DNA of 64,000 nucleotides from Rhizophagus irregularis (Eukaryota): NCBI RefSeq assembly GCF_026210795.1, contig NC_089431.1, positions 310,001 to 374,000 of the forward strand, read 5' to 3'. Shown piece by piece: positions 38,259 to 51,146 of this stretch (position 1 is its first letter; each line of letters starts with the position of its first letter). The notes under the pieces were generated by a model. It saw only the letters and a program-made list of their open reading frames with translations, ran no database searches and was not told where the DNA came from. The position numbers and the translations under genes were made by a program.

Positions 38259-38864
38259 AAAAAATTCACACACCTTTTGGTACTAAAGGGGAAAATAATT
38301 AATCCCCCTGATTTACGTCCAATTCCGATTATAACTATTTGGGATGCGTTATGTCTTCTATGGATGTGCTATGTACAGGAAAAGAAAAATATAACAAATG
38401 AATCACTCATAGAAGACTTAAGAAACCTTGCTGTGAAGTTCAAGTTGATGGAAGCGTTATGTAACCTTCCAACAACAACAAATTTTACAATTTCTAAGGA
38501 TCGCTTTATGTTTGGAGCCTCAATTTGTATTGGAATACCCAAACACAAACTGACAAGAAAAAATATACAACAAAACAACGCGTCAGCGGCTTCTGCAAGA
38601 GTAGATGTAATACCTTCGATAAAAGGTTCCACTCATGTTGAAATGCCACCCGGATCAATATGCGGCCACCCATGGGGAAATTGCTCAGAAGCCACACCAT
38701 GGGAAGCCCTGCGCGGAGAAGATTGCTCCGTTGAGTTGAACTCTTTAACGATCACGTTAAAGGATTTGGAGGAGAAGGAAATTTGCTACAAATGCAATGA
38801 AGTTGCAAAGACAATGAAAAGTATGGGTGTTGCGAAGGTTGTACCGATGCATCTATTTCCATAA
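38259..38864 (+). CDS. Putative zinc-dependent deaminase-fold protein; 5' end uncertain
   Basis: Open frame from an AG at 38257-38258 to TAA 38864. It contains FMFGASI, WGNCSE and ICYKC in the order of the CxE...CxxC deaminase motif. No ATG at the frame start, so an upstream exon is needed or has been lost. Confidence 0.6.
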   Translation, partial: KKFTHLLVLKGKIINPPDLRPIPIITIWDALCLLWMCYVQEKKNITNESLIEDLRNLAVKFKLMEALCNLPTTTNFTISKDRFMFGASICIGIPKHKLTRKNIQQNNASAASARVDVIPSIKGSTHVEMPPGSICGHPWGNCSEATPWEALRGEDCSVELNSLTITLKDLEEKEICYKCNEVAKTMKSMGVAKVVPMHLFP

Positions 38865-40086
38865 TTTTATAATTAATTTGTTATTTTATCTATTTTAATT
38901 TTTTTAATAATTTTTCGTTATTTTCTATATTTGTTTGTTAATTTTTTAAATTTATTGAATGTACACCACTATCACTAATCTATATAATATTTGATGGCAT
39001 CGAAACCATATCTTTTAATTTATTATATATCGACTCTTGATCACAAAAAATTCTATTCAGAACTTCATTTCATAAGCTTTGAAGAAAGATAAATTGTAAT
39101 CAAATAGTAATTCAATTATTAATGAATAATCATTCAATTTAAAGGAATATGTAAAAAATTTTAAATATTTGAAAAATTTTATTAAGCAATTTTAAGATGT
39201 TCTAAATATTTTAATTTATCGAGTAACATACAAATCTAAGATTAAAAATGTAAATTTACAGTATGGTTTTACGAATAATGTATTTATCTGAGTTTATTTA
39301 ACATACGATAAGTAATTTTTTCGAGACGTAAGACGTCCAATTTATTTAAATACTGTATATTAAGTCATGTATTTATTTCAAAGAGAACTATCAGAATCAT
39401 TACTGATGACGCATGGTAAGTAATACGTCTATTTTTATAAATTTATGTACAAAATCCATCTGTACTAATTATTTTCTCCCGATTTTAAAAATAGTACTTA
39501 ATAACAAAATCAGATACGCCTGATTTTTTAAAAATTTATATTGACGACAACATTCAAATAAATTTTCTTTTAAAAAAAAAATATATCGGCTAATAATAAT
39601 TAAATATGTAAGTATGATATTGTGATATATTTTGGTTAGTTGTAAAAGGTGAAGTGAAATATAAATATAAATATAAATGTTGCATAGTATGTACCATACT
39701 GTCGTCCATTTACTCACGAAAAAAATTTTGTACCAAACCTTATTATTGTATATATACGGACAATAAAAAAGAATACTGTATCTCGTGAAAGAAAGTGATT
39801 TAATTTATGTTTCATGTTAATCATTTCCTATAAATAATGTCTAATGAGAACATTTAATGAACAATAGTAAAATTAAATAAGCATGTCTCGAAATTTTTCG
39901 GAGTGATACTAAATGATTAACAACAATATCCCGCATCATGCGTAAATTATATTACGCCAAAAAAAAATTTATGTAATTTTGATTTTTTGGGTAAATTAAA
40001 AAATTAGAAATTTATATTTGTCCAAATTTTACTTACATACATTTTCTTTGAGTATAAATGATATTATATAATAGAAAGTTAATTGC

Positions 40087-40390
40087 CAAAGTAAATCATA
40101 TTAAATAATAACAAATAATATGAAAAAATGTTGTCACACAGAAGTCTAGATTTTTTTCATACAACATATTTTACCAGCATATTCTTACGTCGGTCTGATT
40201 TTTACCAAATTATGATATTTAAATATTATTAAAATATTTCTTATTTGTTAGCTTAGATCCTTAATTTTTTTTTGATCAAAGTAAAATAATAAATATTTTT
40301 TCTGATCAAGCTTTTCTATAATCGTATTATGATAGTAGAATAGAAAAATCGTGTAGTCTTCGAAATTTTTGGATTTTATTAAAATATGTT
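40087..40390. repeat. Dispersed repeat (second copy ~46082-46308)
   Basis: AGAAGTCTAGATTTTTT...CGGTCTGAT...AAATTATGATATTTAAATATTATTAAAATATTTCTTATTTG...GGATTTTATTAAAATATG is present in both copies. Confidence 0.8.
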
Positions 40391-40412
40391 TTTTTTTTTT
40401 TGTTGGAAACTT

Positions 40413-40864
40413 ATGACTCATGACTAATCAATTTCATTCACGTACATCTCAAAAAAAAGTATATAAATACCTTTACCTTTCCCTTCGTCCTTTATGTGTG
40501 TGTGGTGTGTGGGAGGTGTGTGAGAGGGTGTGTGGTGTGTGGTGTGTGAGAGGGTGTGGTATGTGGTGTGATGGGAGGGGTGTGTGTGTGTGTGTGTGTG
40601 TATGTGGTGTATGTTTTGTTTTCCCTCGCTCTTTTTCCTTTCCCTTTCCTTCCCCTTCCCCTTTTTTTCGAGGTCCTGATCAATGTTGCTGCACCTCAAC
40701 GTTGGTGATCAGGTGACAACAAGTTTTTTTTAAAGACTTGGCTAAGTCAGCAACAATATAAGCCGTGATCATTTTTTATCAAATAATTATTTAAATTAAA
40801 AATGTAAATAAATCGCCCAACCATTATACTTGAAATATACTTGAAAATGTTAGCTCTTAAACAA
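40413..40864 (-). mobile_element. Microsatellite-bearing interspersed repeat, copy 1 (DINE/HINE-like)
   Basis: Flanks are near-identical to 55335-55785 around a variable TG/TGG core. Inverted pair ATGTTGCTG / CAGCAACAAT and palindrome GACTTGGCTAAGTC lie near one end. Confidence 0.6.
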
Positions 40865-41538
40865 GCACAAATTTTTTGTAAATTTCATTTGATTTTAATT
40901 GACTCATTAATGGCCGTTTCTATCATATAAAAATGGTTTGTTTTTAATAAAAAAGGTTATTTTGTCTTTAAATAAAAAATTGAACGTTAAAACAACAGTG
41001 AATTTTTTTATTAAAATAATGAAACTTTTTTGTTAAAGAAAGAAGGGTTAATAAAGTTCTGAATCACTTAATCGATCTTTTTTCTTATATCAAGAAAATG
41101 ATTCGCTATATACATATTTTTTTTTGATTAAGCTAAAATGCCAAAAATATACGACAGATTATTATTAATCTTGCTATATTAAATTCTGCAAGAACAAAGA
41201 TTTATACCTAAAGAACCAACAAGTAATGTCATAAACATGAACTAGTCAGCTAGGAACACGTAAGTTATATGAAGGAGAAATATTACTTTTAAACCTAAGA
41301 TCCACCGAAGCCATGATCATATTATCCTGAAGTTTTCTATCCTGTGCAGACTTTGTTATTGAGGTTATTATGCTATTTCCTGACATTGTTTTATTTTTTA
41401 AAAAAAAACTACATTTTCTATAGCCTCTATAATCTTATATTCTTCTATAATCTATAATAAATAATAAAATTAAAATTAAAAAGCCAAGGAATACTCTATA
41501 TATTGATACGTTTTCCCATTTCACAATTTAATTCATAG

Positions 41539-41690
41539 TGTAATGCCGTAATATATTAAGTAAATTTATTAATTATGAGGCGTAGTATTATATTTAGAAT
41601 TAGTGTATAAATTTTTAGTATTTTAAAATTGTATCCGAGATGACGTTAAACTAGTAGATTTAGGAATTAAGAATTTAGAAAATTCTGACG
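41539..41690 (+). mobile_element. Truncated LTR fragment of the 20768 family
   Basis: TGTAATGCCG...TTATGAGGCGTAGT.TTATATTTA...AGTGTATAAATTT matches 20768-20846. Confidence 0.6.
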
Positions 41691-41814
41691 ATCAATTTAA
41701 AAAGTAACTACGGAGCACAATTGTTGATACGTGAAAATTTTTATTGACATTTTGAATATTAAAGTATACTTGAATTATTAAGGAACGGGTACGCCGAAGT
41801 TCATCTCACCGAAA

Positions 41815-42228
41815 TAGAGTTTGGAATCGATTAAGGTTGATCGATTAATTAATCGACTAAGACGGTTAATCGATTAAGGTATCTCAAAAATCGGTTAATC
41901 GATTAAAATTATCAACCCATAATTCTGGTCAAATTATCTAATGCGTCCCAGAGCTGTGAATTTTTGGTCTCGTGTTCTCCGAACTTGGAAGAATTTGTAT
42001 TAATTTTTTAATGATAATAATAATAAATAAGACTTTCTTATAACTAAATGTATGATCAAAAACAATTTGGTGCAATCTGCGGTCAAAAAAAAAAAATTTT
42101 TTAATATTTTAATATTAATCGATTATTAATCGATTAGGGCCCTTGGTTAATCGATTATTAATCGATTAGGGCCCTTGGTTAATCGATTATTAATCGATTA
42201 AGGTTTTTTTGGTCGGTTCCAACCTCTA
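41815..42228. mobile_element. hAT-type MITE, 414 bp, perfect 8-bp TSD
   Basis: TIRs are TAGAGTTTGGAATCG and TAGAGGTTGGAACCG (reverse complement). TSD CACCGAAA at 41807-41814 and 42229-42236. Many sub-terminal TAATCGATTA palindromes. Confidence 0.9.
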
Positions 42229-45200
42229 CACCGAAACCCATTTCGCCGAAGCAATTTCGCCGAAGAATGTTTTACCGAAGTGCCATTTCGCTTAATGATG
42301 AAAAGTTTTAATTTAAAAAAATTTACCGACATATCTTTCGGATTCCTAAAAAATTTTGAACACCTTCAAACTTTTCCTAAAAAAGTTATTTGCAATGAAT
42401 CACATGATACTCTACAGGTTATATAAGTGATAATGTTGAGATCATCCCTAAATTGACTATAAATCCATCCTCGCGATAACTTGAAGAATATACCTTATTT
42501 TGCATCTTTATTATCATCGTTTACGAAATACCATTTACCGTTCATGATATACCGATTTTTCTAATAAAATTGGTTCATTTTATAAACTGGTATGATAATT
42601 TTTTAAGGATCAAATCATTTCACCACATTTTGCTTTGTATTAAGCATATAAAGGTAGATATTTAATTTTTTATTTATTTTTTTTAATCCTGAATTTTCTT
42701 TTTTTTCCTGAATTTCGATTATTTAGTGTACTAACGCTAATATCGGTGTAAAAATAATTTATTCCCCTTAAAAAAATTTATTATTATTATTATTATTTTT
42801 AACAGAGATAGTCCTAATCTGTAAAAACTTTATGATATCAAAAAAGAAACGAAAAATTTAACGAATACTATATTAATATCATCATCATTACTAGTTAATA
42901 ATACTTAGAGGATGTAAAGAAGAAAATTTATTAATGGCATTACATTGGACATTGATACACTATACTGTACAGTACATATTTATAATAGCGATGGGATTTT
43001 TATATTGTAGAAATTATAATTGAAATAATCCTTCTGGTTATCTTCAACAGGTTATTTAAGAGCAAAACTTCAAGAATTCATCCAATCATATTTACTAATT
43101 TGTGTAAGTGAAAAAAAAAAGTGAAATATGCCGTGACTTGTAAGGTGTAGTAATTGATCATTTTCTTAATTTTTAATTTTTGTACTTCAGTATCTCCACC
43201 AAATAAATGACAGTGGATTGCGTTTGTAAACTCGGTCAAATATAGGTTCCTCAGAGGCCATACGCTGAAAATTTCAAATATAGCATGGCCTCTTGCCGGG
43301 ACTATTTCAGCTCACACCATTGTCTCCCATTGTTAAAGAATTGGTGGTACGTTACCATAGTCCACTCCATAAGGGCCAGGGATTGTCATCATCCTGTGAT
43401 TTATATATTAGACGTATTTTTTGACGCGTATCAAATTATACTATGGCTGAAATCTTTTTTTTTTTGATTTTTTTTTTGATCGATCAATAGTCAAGATTTA
43501 AGTAGAGAATTAGCCATTGGATTAGAGTTAATGTATCCTATAAGTAAGTCATATTAAAAAATGAGGAAAGATGTTTTTTTCTTTTTTTAATCTTTCTTAA
43601 TCTTTTCTTCCTTTTTTTTCTTATTAGCATGTACAACTCCAATAAATAATCAAAGAATGAACATACAAATAATAGTAATAAAAAAGTCCACCAAATTGAT
43701 TAGTAGATATAATAGATTTTTATTATTGATATCGCCAATATCAACATTATTTTCATTCGCATGGAGAACAGGACATTGTGTAGATATTAATGATTTAGAT
43801 AAAGCGAGTCCGTAGAATACATAATTTAATTTGGGTAATATGGGTGATTAATAATTTTGATTTATAATTTGTATAAATTATTTATATAAAGCATTAAAAC
43901 GTAAAGAAACTGCTAGTACAGTAGTACTTCTGGTAACTTCGTTCTTCCATCATGCGAAAGTGTCTTGCGGTAAACTAGGCTCAACATGTTTCTTGCGAAC
44001 TATAGAAAATTTTCTCAGAAAAATTGGACAAAAAATATTAACGTTAATATTTTGTTGAATGAAAATAGCTAGTTAGGCAACTACTGAGTGACTTGGGTTG
44101 AACTTACAGAAGATTCAATTGGTTGATGCAACGGAATGTTTCAATTTTAAAGACGTGCCGCAATTTATGTTAGTGAATACATGTTAATTTTAAATATTAA
44201 AAAGAAAATTTATTATTTTTTTTTTAACAGAAATTTCAAAATTTCATCACTTCTTTCTTCCTGGTTGTGTTTGACAATTTCTTCATTAGTAATAATTATG
44301 ACAATATTTTTAATAATGTCATTCATTAATGGGTATTTCATCTATCACGTACATTATTCAATTATAATATGAATATTACATACGTAATCGTATAGATTTT
44401 ACATCAATTTTTTTTCATATGCAAGTAAGTTACTTATCATACTGTTATATTAACTCATTTATATCAACAATAATAACAATTAACAATCATTATTTTATTT
44501 TAGAGCAATAAAATCGAAAACAAAACACTAAACACATCAATGACGAATAGATTTGCACTAGCGAATGATTAAGAAAAGACGAGATGAAAGAAGAATGGAC
44601 GTGATGATGAATATTTGATAAGAGGAAGTGGTGGTGCCACGTTAACATATTGACGTCATTATTTGTTTCTTCAACTCCACCAGTAACAAACACAATGTCA
44701 TCAACAAATACCAATAATATTGATTACTTTAATCATTCTAATTCAAATGGATTGAATTCAATGACAAAATAAGCTAGTAGTAAAATAAATCGTAATGTAG
44801 CGTATAAAAGGTTAAAATAGTAATGTTGGTAATGGTAAGCGAATTAGTGGAGAGAATACGGGAGTAGTAGAATAAGTAATAAAAGTAGCAGTAGTATAAG
44901 AATAAGTGTAGGAACGAATACTATTATTAATAATAATGATTCTTCAAGTAATTTAGGTATAAGAAGAATTTCAGGACATATTAAACATCAAAAATCATTC
45001 AAAAGAGATTAATTGCTGAAGAAAATTCTGATGGATCACGTCGAACAATTATGACAAAAAGAAATCATAATAGTGCGAGTGTAAGTAGAGAAACATCTGA
45101 CGCAACTTCTACTACAATAGTAACTACCACATATACTGCTAGTACTACAGTATCACCTACTACTACTGTAATAAGTCCCATAGCGGAAGCATCCGCTAAA

Positions 45201-45971
45201 GCTTCTTTGGAATAAACTTGATATAAATGATCGTTTGAGTGCTGATGAAAGAAAAGACTATCAGATTCAATGGAAAAACGTGAATAGTTAACTAAACGTT
45301 CTGTCGGTATCACCTTTTCTTAGAAGAAAACTTTATCAAAATTACTTACAGTAATTTATAAAAAAAAAATATTAAAAAACAATTATTTACTTTAATTTGT
45401 ATCAATGTATATTATCAGTATATTATATTCTTCTTTTTTATTATCATTTTTTTTTATTTTTATGGGTGGGAGTTTGTTCTTCTTTATTATTTTTTTTTTG
45501 TATATACATTTTTCGATGGGTTCGGTTATATACTGTATATATGTATATACTTATATTTATGTTTAATATTGAATCTTTCAATTAAAAAAGAACTTTTTTT
45601 TAAATATCATGCAATAATCCATGATATTTGAAAATAGAAAAAAATTTTTTAGTTATCAAATATTAATTTTTTTCTAAAATAAATTATCTCACTCTTTAAT
45701 TTACGTAAATATACAGTACATGAATGTAGTGGTTTGATGAGTAATCTTATCAAATTGAACAAATAATTTTTAGATAATGTTTAACAAGCATTATCCGTAT
45801 TTAGTCTAATACTATTTGTTTCCCCGCGTAACAGTTTAAGCTTAATATAAATGTAGTACAAATTTGTGCATTTTTATACACGACCATTAAAATTTTTTTT
45901 ACGTATTATAATTCTGAAATTTATCTTAGTCACATGTAAAATTATAATTCATATAATTCAAACTAATTAGT

Positions 45972-46025
45972 ATGGAAAACGAGCCGAAGTGGTTATGGAA
46001 GGAAGTTGATGGTAATAAATATCAG
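45972..46025 (+). pseudogene. Orphan exon 1 (plus promoter) of a kinase array copy, K4
   Basis: MENEPKWLWKEVDGNKYQ|GT. Upstream 45850-45971 resembles 21185-21307. No exon 2 follows. Confidence 0.75.
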
Positions 46026-47099
46026 GTATTATAAATCCACATTTATTATTAATAATTATAGTAATATTATATAATTAGTGGCCAAGGTAAATAATATTAA
46101 AATAATACTACACATAGAAGTCTAGATTTTTTCATTAGAGTACAACATATTTTTATGCCCCGGTCTGATCTACTAAATTATGATATTTAAATATTATTAA
46201 AATATTTCTTATTTGTTTAGATCTTTAATTTTATTTGATCAAAGTAAATTGATAATATAATAGAAAAATCGAGTAGTCTCGAAATCTTTGGATTTTATTA
46301 AAATATGATTTAGAAAAGTTAAAATCAAATCTTTACAAAATAATAATTCGCCCTCAATCATTTTGGAAGCAATCTCATGGTAGTGGCGATGTCAACAATG
46401 AGAAATAATGGGATAATACGGTAAAAATAGAAAAATTATGTAACTTCCATTTCATCTGCTGAATGTGGGACACTTATCAACTATTTCGAATTGTGGGTTT
46501 AGTGAGATATCCCTTCAGTAGGTTTTTAACAACGCTGATGTATGTGTTAATATATATTCCAAACCGAATATCTTCGTTAGTATCAACAACTGTTCCTTAA
46601 ATTTCTTACTCTAGTAGACACAGTAACGCTCATTTTTTGACGTAATTGGTAATTTGGTATAGAAACAGTAGTGGAAACAGGAAACAGCGAATTTTATTAA
46701 TTTTTGATTAAGCTTAACAATTACTTTAAGTTCCCTTTTGAGTTCAATATTAACTTGTTATTATCTAACTTTATTGTCTTACTAAACTATCTGAAACATT
46801 AATTTTAATTAGGACAACTTATTTTTACAAATCTCTTTCAATCCCATTTTGCCATAATGATCACGTTAATTTTTTTTTATAAACTGGCTAGTTTAACAAT
46901 GCACGATGTCAAGGCGGTATATCAAAAGCAATACTTGTCATTATGATAAATTATGCAGATCTTAGTCAGCATTATATTGCAAAATATATTTATTTATGGT
47001 AAAAGCTAAATACTTATATAATATTACAGTATATTCATTTCACTTATTCTTTGAAAAATACGTATAGATTAATTCAAAAGTTTATTAATTATTAAGAAA

Positions 47100-47551
47100 C
47101 TAGGTAACAATTACCTCTTTTTCCATCCTTTTCATCATTTCCATCTTTAATTGATATTGTTCATAAGTGCAATCGCAATCTTGGGGAGAACAAAATTCAC
47201 AAGGTTCAAAGTGTTTACCGTTCTCGAACATCATTTCATCAGTTAATGTACCCTCCTGAATTTCTCCTAAAATGCAAAAGAAATCTATGATGAATAAACC
47301 AGTAAACCAAATATTTTGAACAATATCACAAATAATTACGTTGAATTTCTTCTGAAATTTTCTATGGAAATCTTTAGTAAAATCGTCAATTATTTCTTCC
47401 TGCTCTTTAACGGACACTTTGTTTTTTAAAAAAAAAATAAATGAGCAAGAAATTATCGCAATCTTAAAGAACCAAACAATAATGATGTTTAATTATTACG
47501 TCGATTAAAATCCTCAGGTGAAATATGTGGTGACACAAAAAAACTTTCCAT
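47100..47551 (-). CDS. Hypothetical small protein with C-terminal Cys cluster
   Basis: Exon 47551-47500 (MESFFVSPHISPEDFNR) splices in frame to 47416 (LSVKEQEEII...CEFCSPQDCDC...). An internal GT..AG segment may be a further intron, which would change the frame. Confidence 0.5.
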
Positions 47552-47840
47552 ATTAAGAGAGTATGAAATATTAGGCTACTGAAAACATCAAACGAGGTGC
47601 TTAGAATAAATTAACAATTACCGTATCGCAGGATCGCTAGGTTCGCTTTTATAATTAAGAATTCGACGGAAAGTTGCTGTAATTCTCAATAAGGCCCAGA
47701 GTAACGGTTCTAAAATTTCACGCCAAATAACAATTACCATACAAGTTCCTACGATTAATTCAATTAAGTTGATCATAATGTATAATCTTTAAAAATGAAA
47801 ATAAAGAAGTTCAAATGGTTGTCATTTTTATGGATATTTG

Positions 47841-50243
47841 TACGGTGTTATGGTTAACGTCACTTCGTGACGTTAACTAAGGCAAACAATATCGTATGGC
47901 TAATTCAATATGTCAATACCTGTATATTATATTAGGTAATATTATTATTAATTATATCTTAAACAAAAATTAAATTAAAACTTACTTTATTGATATAAAT
48001 ATTGTACGCAAACTATTAATATCGATTTTTTTTTAGAAGAAAAAAAATGTACGATGATGAAAACATCGGTCAAATAAAATCAGCATAGATAGAATGGCAC
48101 GTGATTTAAAACAAGATAAAACAATTTAAATCAGTTTTTTATTGTTTTACAGTTTAAGTTTGACATGATTATTATAATAATTATATTTTAATCAATAAAC
48201 AACCTTTTTTGTATTTTTAAGAAACATTTAATGATCTCTTTTTTTAAAAATTATGTCTCGTGGAGGAAGACCACCATTAGAAGACGTCCGTAAGCACTTT
48301 GAAAAAGTTACAAAAGTTGATGGACGTGGTCGAAAAACACCTCGTCAAAAATGTAATTATTGTGAAAATGACATTGTTGATTTAATTGATCGATTAAAAA
48401 AACATTTGATGAAATGTAGTAGTTTTCCTGAAGATTTAAAAGGTTCTTTAAGTTTTATCATGTCAAAAAATCAAACCAGTATTTCAGATTCAACAAATCC
48501 AGAAGAGCAACCATTGGACAAAATGGATGCAGATAAAAAGTTGGCAAGGTTTTTTTATTCAACTGGTATTCCTTTTACAGTAGTTGAAAATCCCTATTGG
48601 CTTGAATTCATTAAAGCAATACAACCAGCTTACATTAGCCCAAATCGTCGCAATCTAGCTAACAATTTACTAGATGCAGAATATCAAGTTGAGCGGCAAG
48701 ACTTGAACACAATTCTAGAACAAGCATCGAATATAACACTGGCGTCGGATGGACGGTCAAATATTCGACGAGAATCAGTTTTAAATTTTGTCCTTTGCCT
48801 CCCAAAGCCAGTATTTTATGGTACAAAATATACAGGAGTAGAATCACATACTGCAGAGTTTATTTACTGTGAATTCAAGTCTATTATTGAAGTTATTGGT
48901 CCTTCAAAATTTGCTGGTGTCATAACCGACAATGCTAGTGCAATGCGAGCTGCTTGGGGATTGCTAAATAAAGATTATCCACAATTAATTTGTCTGGGAT
49001 GTAATGCACATATCGGGAATCTTTTAATTAAAGATATTCTTAAACTTAATTGGGTAGAAGGATTAATGACGCAAGTAAAACAAATCATCAATTTCTTTCA
49101 TGCAGAAGCAATTTTGCTAGATCAATTAAATGCGATTACTTTAGTTCAACCTGTTGATACTCGCCGGAGAACTTGTTTGGATGCAATTCAATCTATTCTA
49201 AAGAATAAATTGGGTCTTCAAATGTCTGTAGTGCAACCTGAAATCAGTTCAAGGATTCCACAAGATCTTCGAGAGCTAATTTTAGGCAATCCTTTATGGG
49301 AAAATTTGGATGCCTTATCTTCTTTTTTAACACCATTTGTCAGGCTTATACACTTATTTGAATCTGATACATCATTACTTTCTGGTGTGTATAATGAATG
49401 GCAAAACCTTTCAAATTCGGTCAATATGCAAAAATTAGATTTAGATTTCAAAATGAAGGTTTATGATCTAATTAACCAATGGTTTAAGTATGCTTCTCAT
49501 CCTGCAATGGCAATTGCAAATCTTTTAGATCCAAAGTAATATTATATTTTTTGTAAAATTTTTATTTTTTTTTATAAATAATAACAGATTTATTTTTTAG
49601 TTTTTGTGGCAAATCTTTGGAACCTGATGATTTTGAAAAAATTATTTTACCATATCTTGGAAAAGTTTATACATTTGAAAATGCGGCACATGTAAGAATT
49701 ATGAATACTTTATTAATAATTTTTAATACTTTCTAATACACTTTATTTACATTAAAGATTTATGGAGTCATGCAAAAATATATTGCTAAAACTGATGAAT
49801 TTTCCGGAGCATTACTCTGGGCATCTGCTAAATATTCAAGCCCAATTGGTTGGTGGAAGTCAAATTTCACATATAAATTTCCTATTGTGGTTGAGCTCGC
49901 CTGCCGGGTCCTTTCAATTCCAACTTCTTCAGCCACTGCCATGCACGATTAAATAATAACAGAGTAAAAAAACTTGTGTCTCTCTATCAAAATTTAAGAA
50001 TTCAAAAGGAATTAGATATGAAAACTAAATAAATTTTATTGAACTGATGAAAATTAAATAATTTTGTAGAAAATATAATAAAGTGTCTAAAAAATTAGAA
50101 AATATTAAAATATTAGCAAAGACTGTTTGAAAAATGATGAAAAAAATAAATTTTATTGAAAATTAATATATATTATCTATTATATAATAAAATGCTTAAA
50201 TTTTTATTCAAATATTTTTGCCATTCCTACCTATAGGGCCGTG
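47841..50243 (+). mobile_element. hAT DNA transposon (defective)
   Basis: Contains a hAT transposase. Degenerate ends are TACGGTGTTATGG and CTATAGGGCCGTG; both ends are supported by the derivative at 37035. No TSD, as an LTR fragment abuts the right end. Confidence 0.75.
48253..50030 (+). pseudogene. hAT transposase: BED finger, DUF659/RNase H-like core, dimerisation domain; disabled
   Basis: Motifs KCNYC...KKHLMKC, TLASDG, ITDNASAM, CNAHIGNL and WWKS...LACRVLSIPTSSA. Introns at ~49536-49600 and ~49693-49757. The catalytic ER motif after SSATA is deleted with a frameshift, and DGW>DGR and TRW>TRR. Confidence 0.85.
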
Positions 50244-50244
50244 C

Positions 50245-50330
50245 TGTGGCCGAAATTACCTAGTGAAATTATTAATTTTGGGGCGCAGTATTATATTTAG
50301 TTTAAGTGTATAAAAATATGACGTTAAACT
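50245..50330 (+). mobile_element. Diverged LTR 5' fragment of the 20768/41539 family
   Basis: TGTGGCCGAAATTACCTAG...GGCGCAGTATTATATTTAG...AGTGTATAAA...ATGACGTTAAACT. Confidence 0.5.
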
Positions 50331-51146
50331 ATTCTGTTTATTTTTCTTTGGGGTCACATTATTCTGATTTACATTTATATGGGTAACTTTATGGGGAATA
50401 TTGTGTGACTAAGAAAGATATAAATATATGGTAGATCCGTGGGTTGACTGACCATTTTTTTTTTGATCCTTAATTTTCATCTTATATTCGATTGGCCGAT
50501 TCTTTTTGCCTTTTTTCTTATGATGAAAAAGCGCCACATTAATTATTTTGATTAATGGTTTATTGGAGTTATTAATAAGGGTAAACTATCGCAGTTTGAT
50601 TTTGAGATTTAGAATATGGGAATTAGTTTCAGAATTATGAATTAATCTTTATCACCTTTATCACCTTATTTTATAATGTAACTCGGGATATATTAATATT
50701 TTATTGTATTTAATAAAGGATTATTTTTGTAGCTAGTAGTGGCAAACGTTATTATAACGGGCAATAGTTCTACAATATCATTGATATTCACGGCGCAAAC
50801 AATTTGATATCATGGCGTGGCGATTTTTTGATGATGATGGTGCAGGATTATTTGGATTCGGAGTATGATGTTTTTGATGATTTGGATTTTGATGAATTTA
50901 ACAAACTTGACGATTTTGATGATTTCGATGAATTTGTTTATTTTTCCAATGATTAGTTGATTTGGATTTTAGTTTTGATGATTCTAATTATTAAATTATC
51001 TTTATACGACTTAAAATATATCCTGATGGACGATAAATCTACAAAATCGTTTTATGTTTTTTCTGGATCTTTCAACTTTCTCACTTGACGTGTAATTAAT
51101 ATACGATTTAATAAAAAATCTTTCTAAAAAAAAATAACAATTTGCA

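Noticed and set aside
40420..40716. His/Thr- and Cys/Val-rich ORFs (also 55356-55650)
   Set aside because: These are translations of a TG microsatellite that is open in several frames on both strands.
42800..45330. Several coding-like relics with splice signals on both strands
   Set aside because: There are too many stops and no identifiable domain to support a call.
50340..50760. LINE 3' remnant
   Set aside because: Only a vague resemblance; no reverse transcriptase motif or poly(A) tail with TSD is visible.
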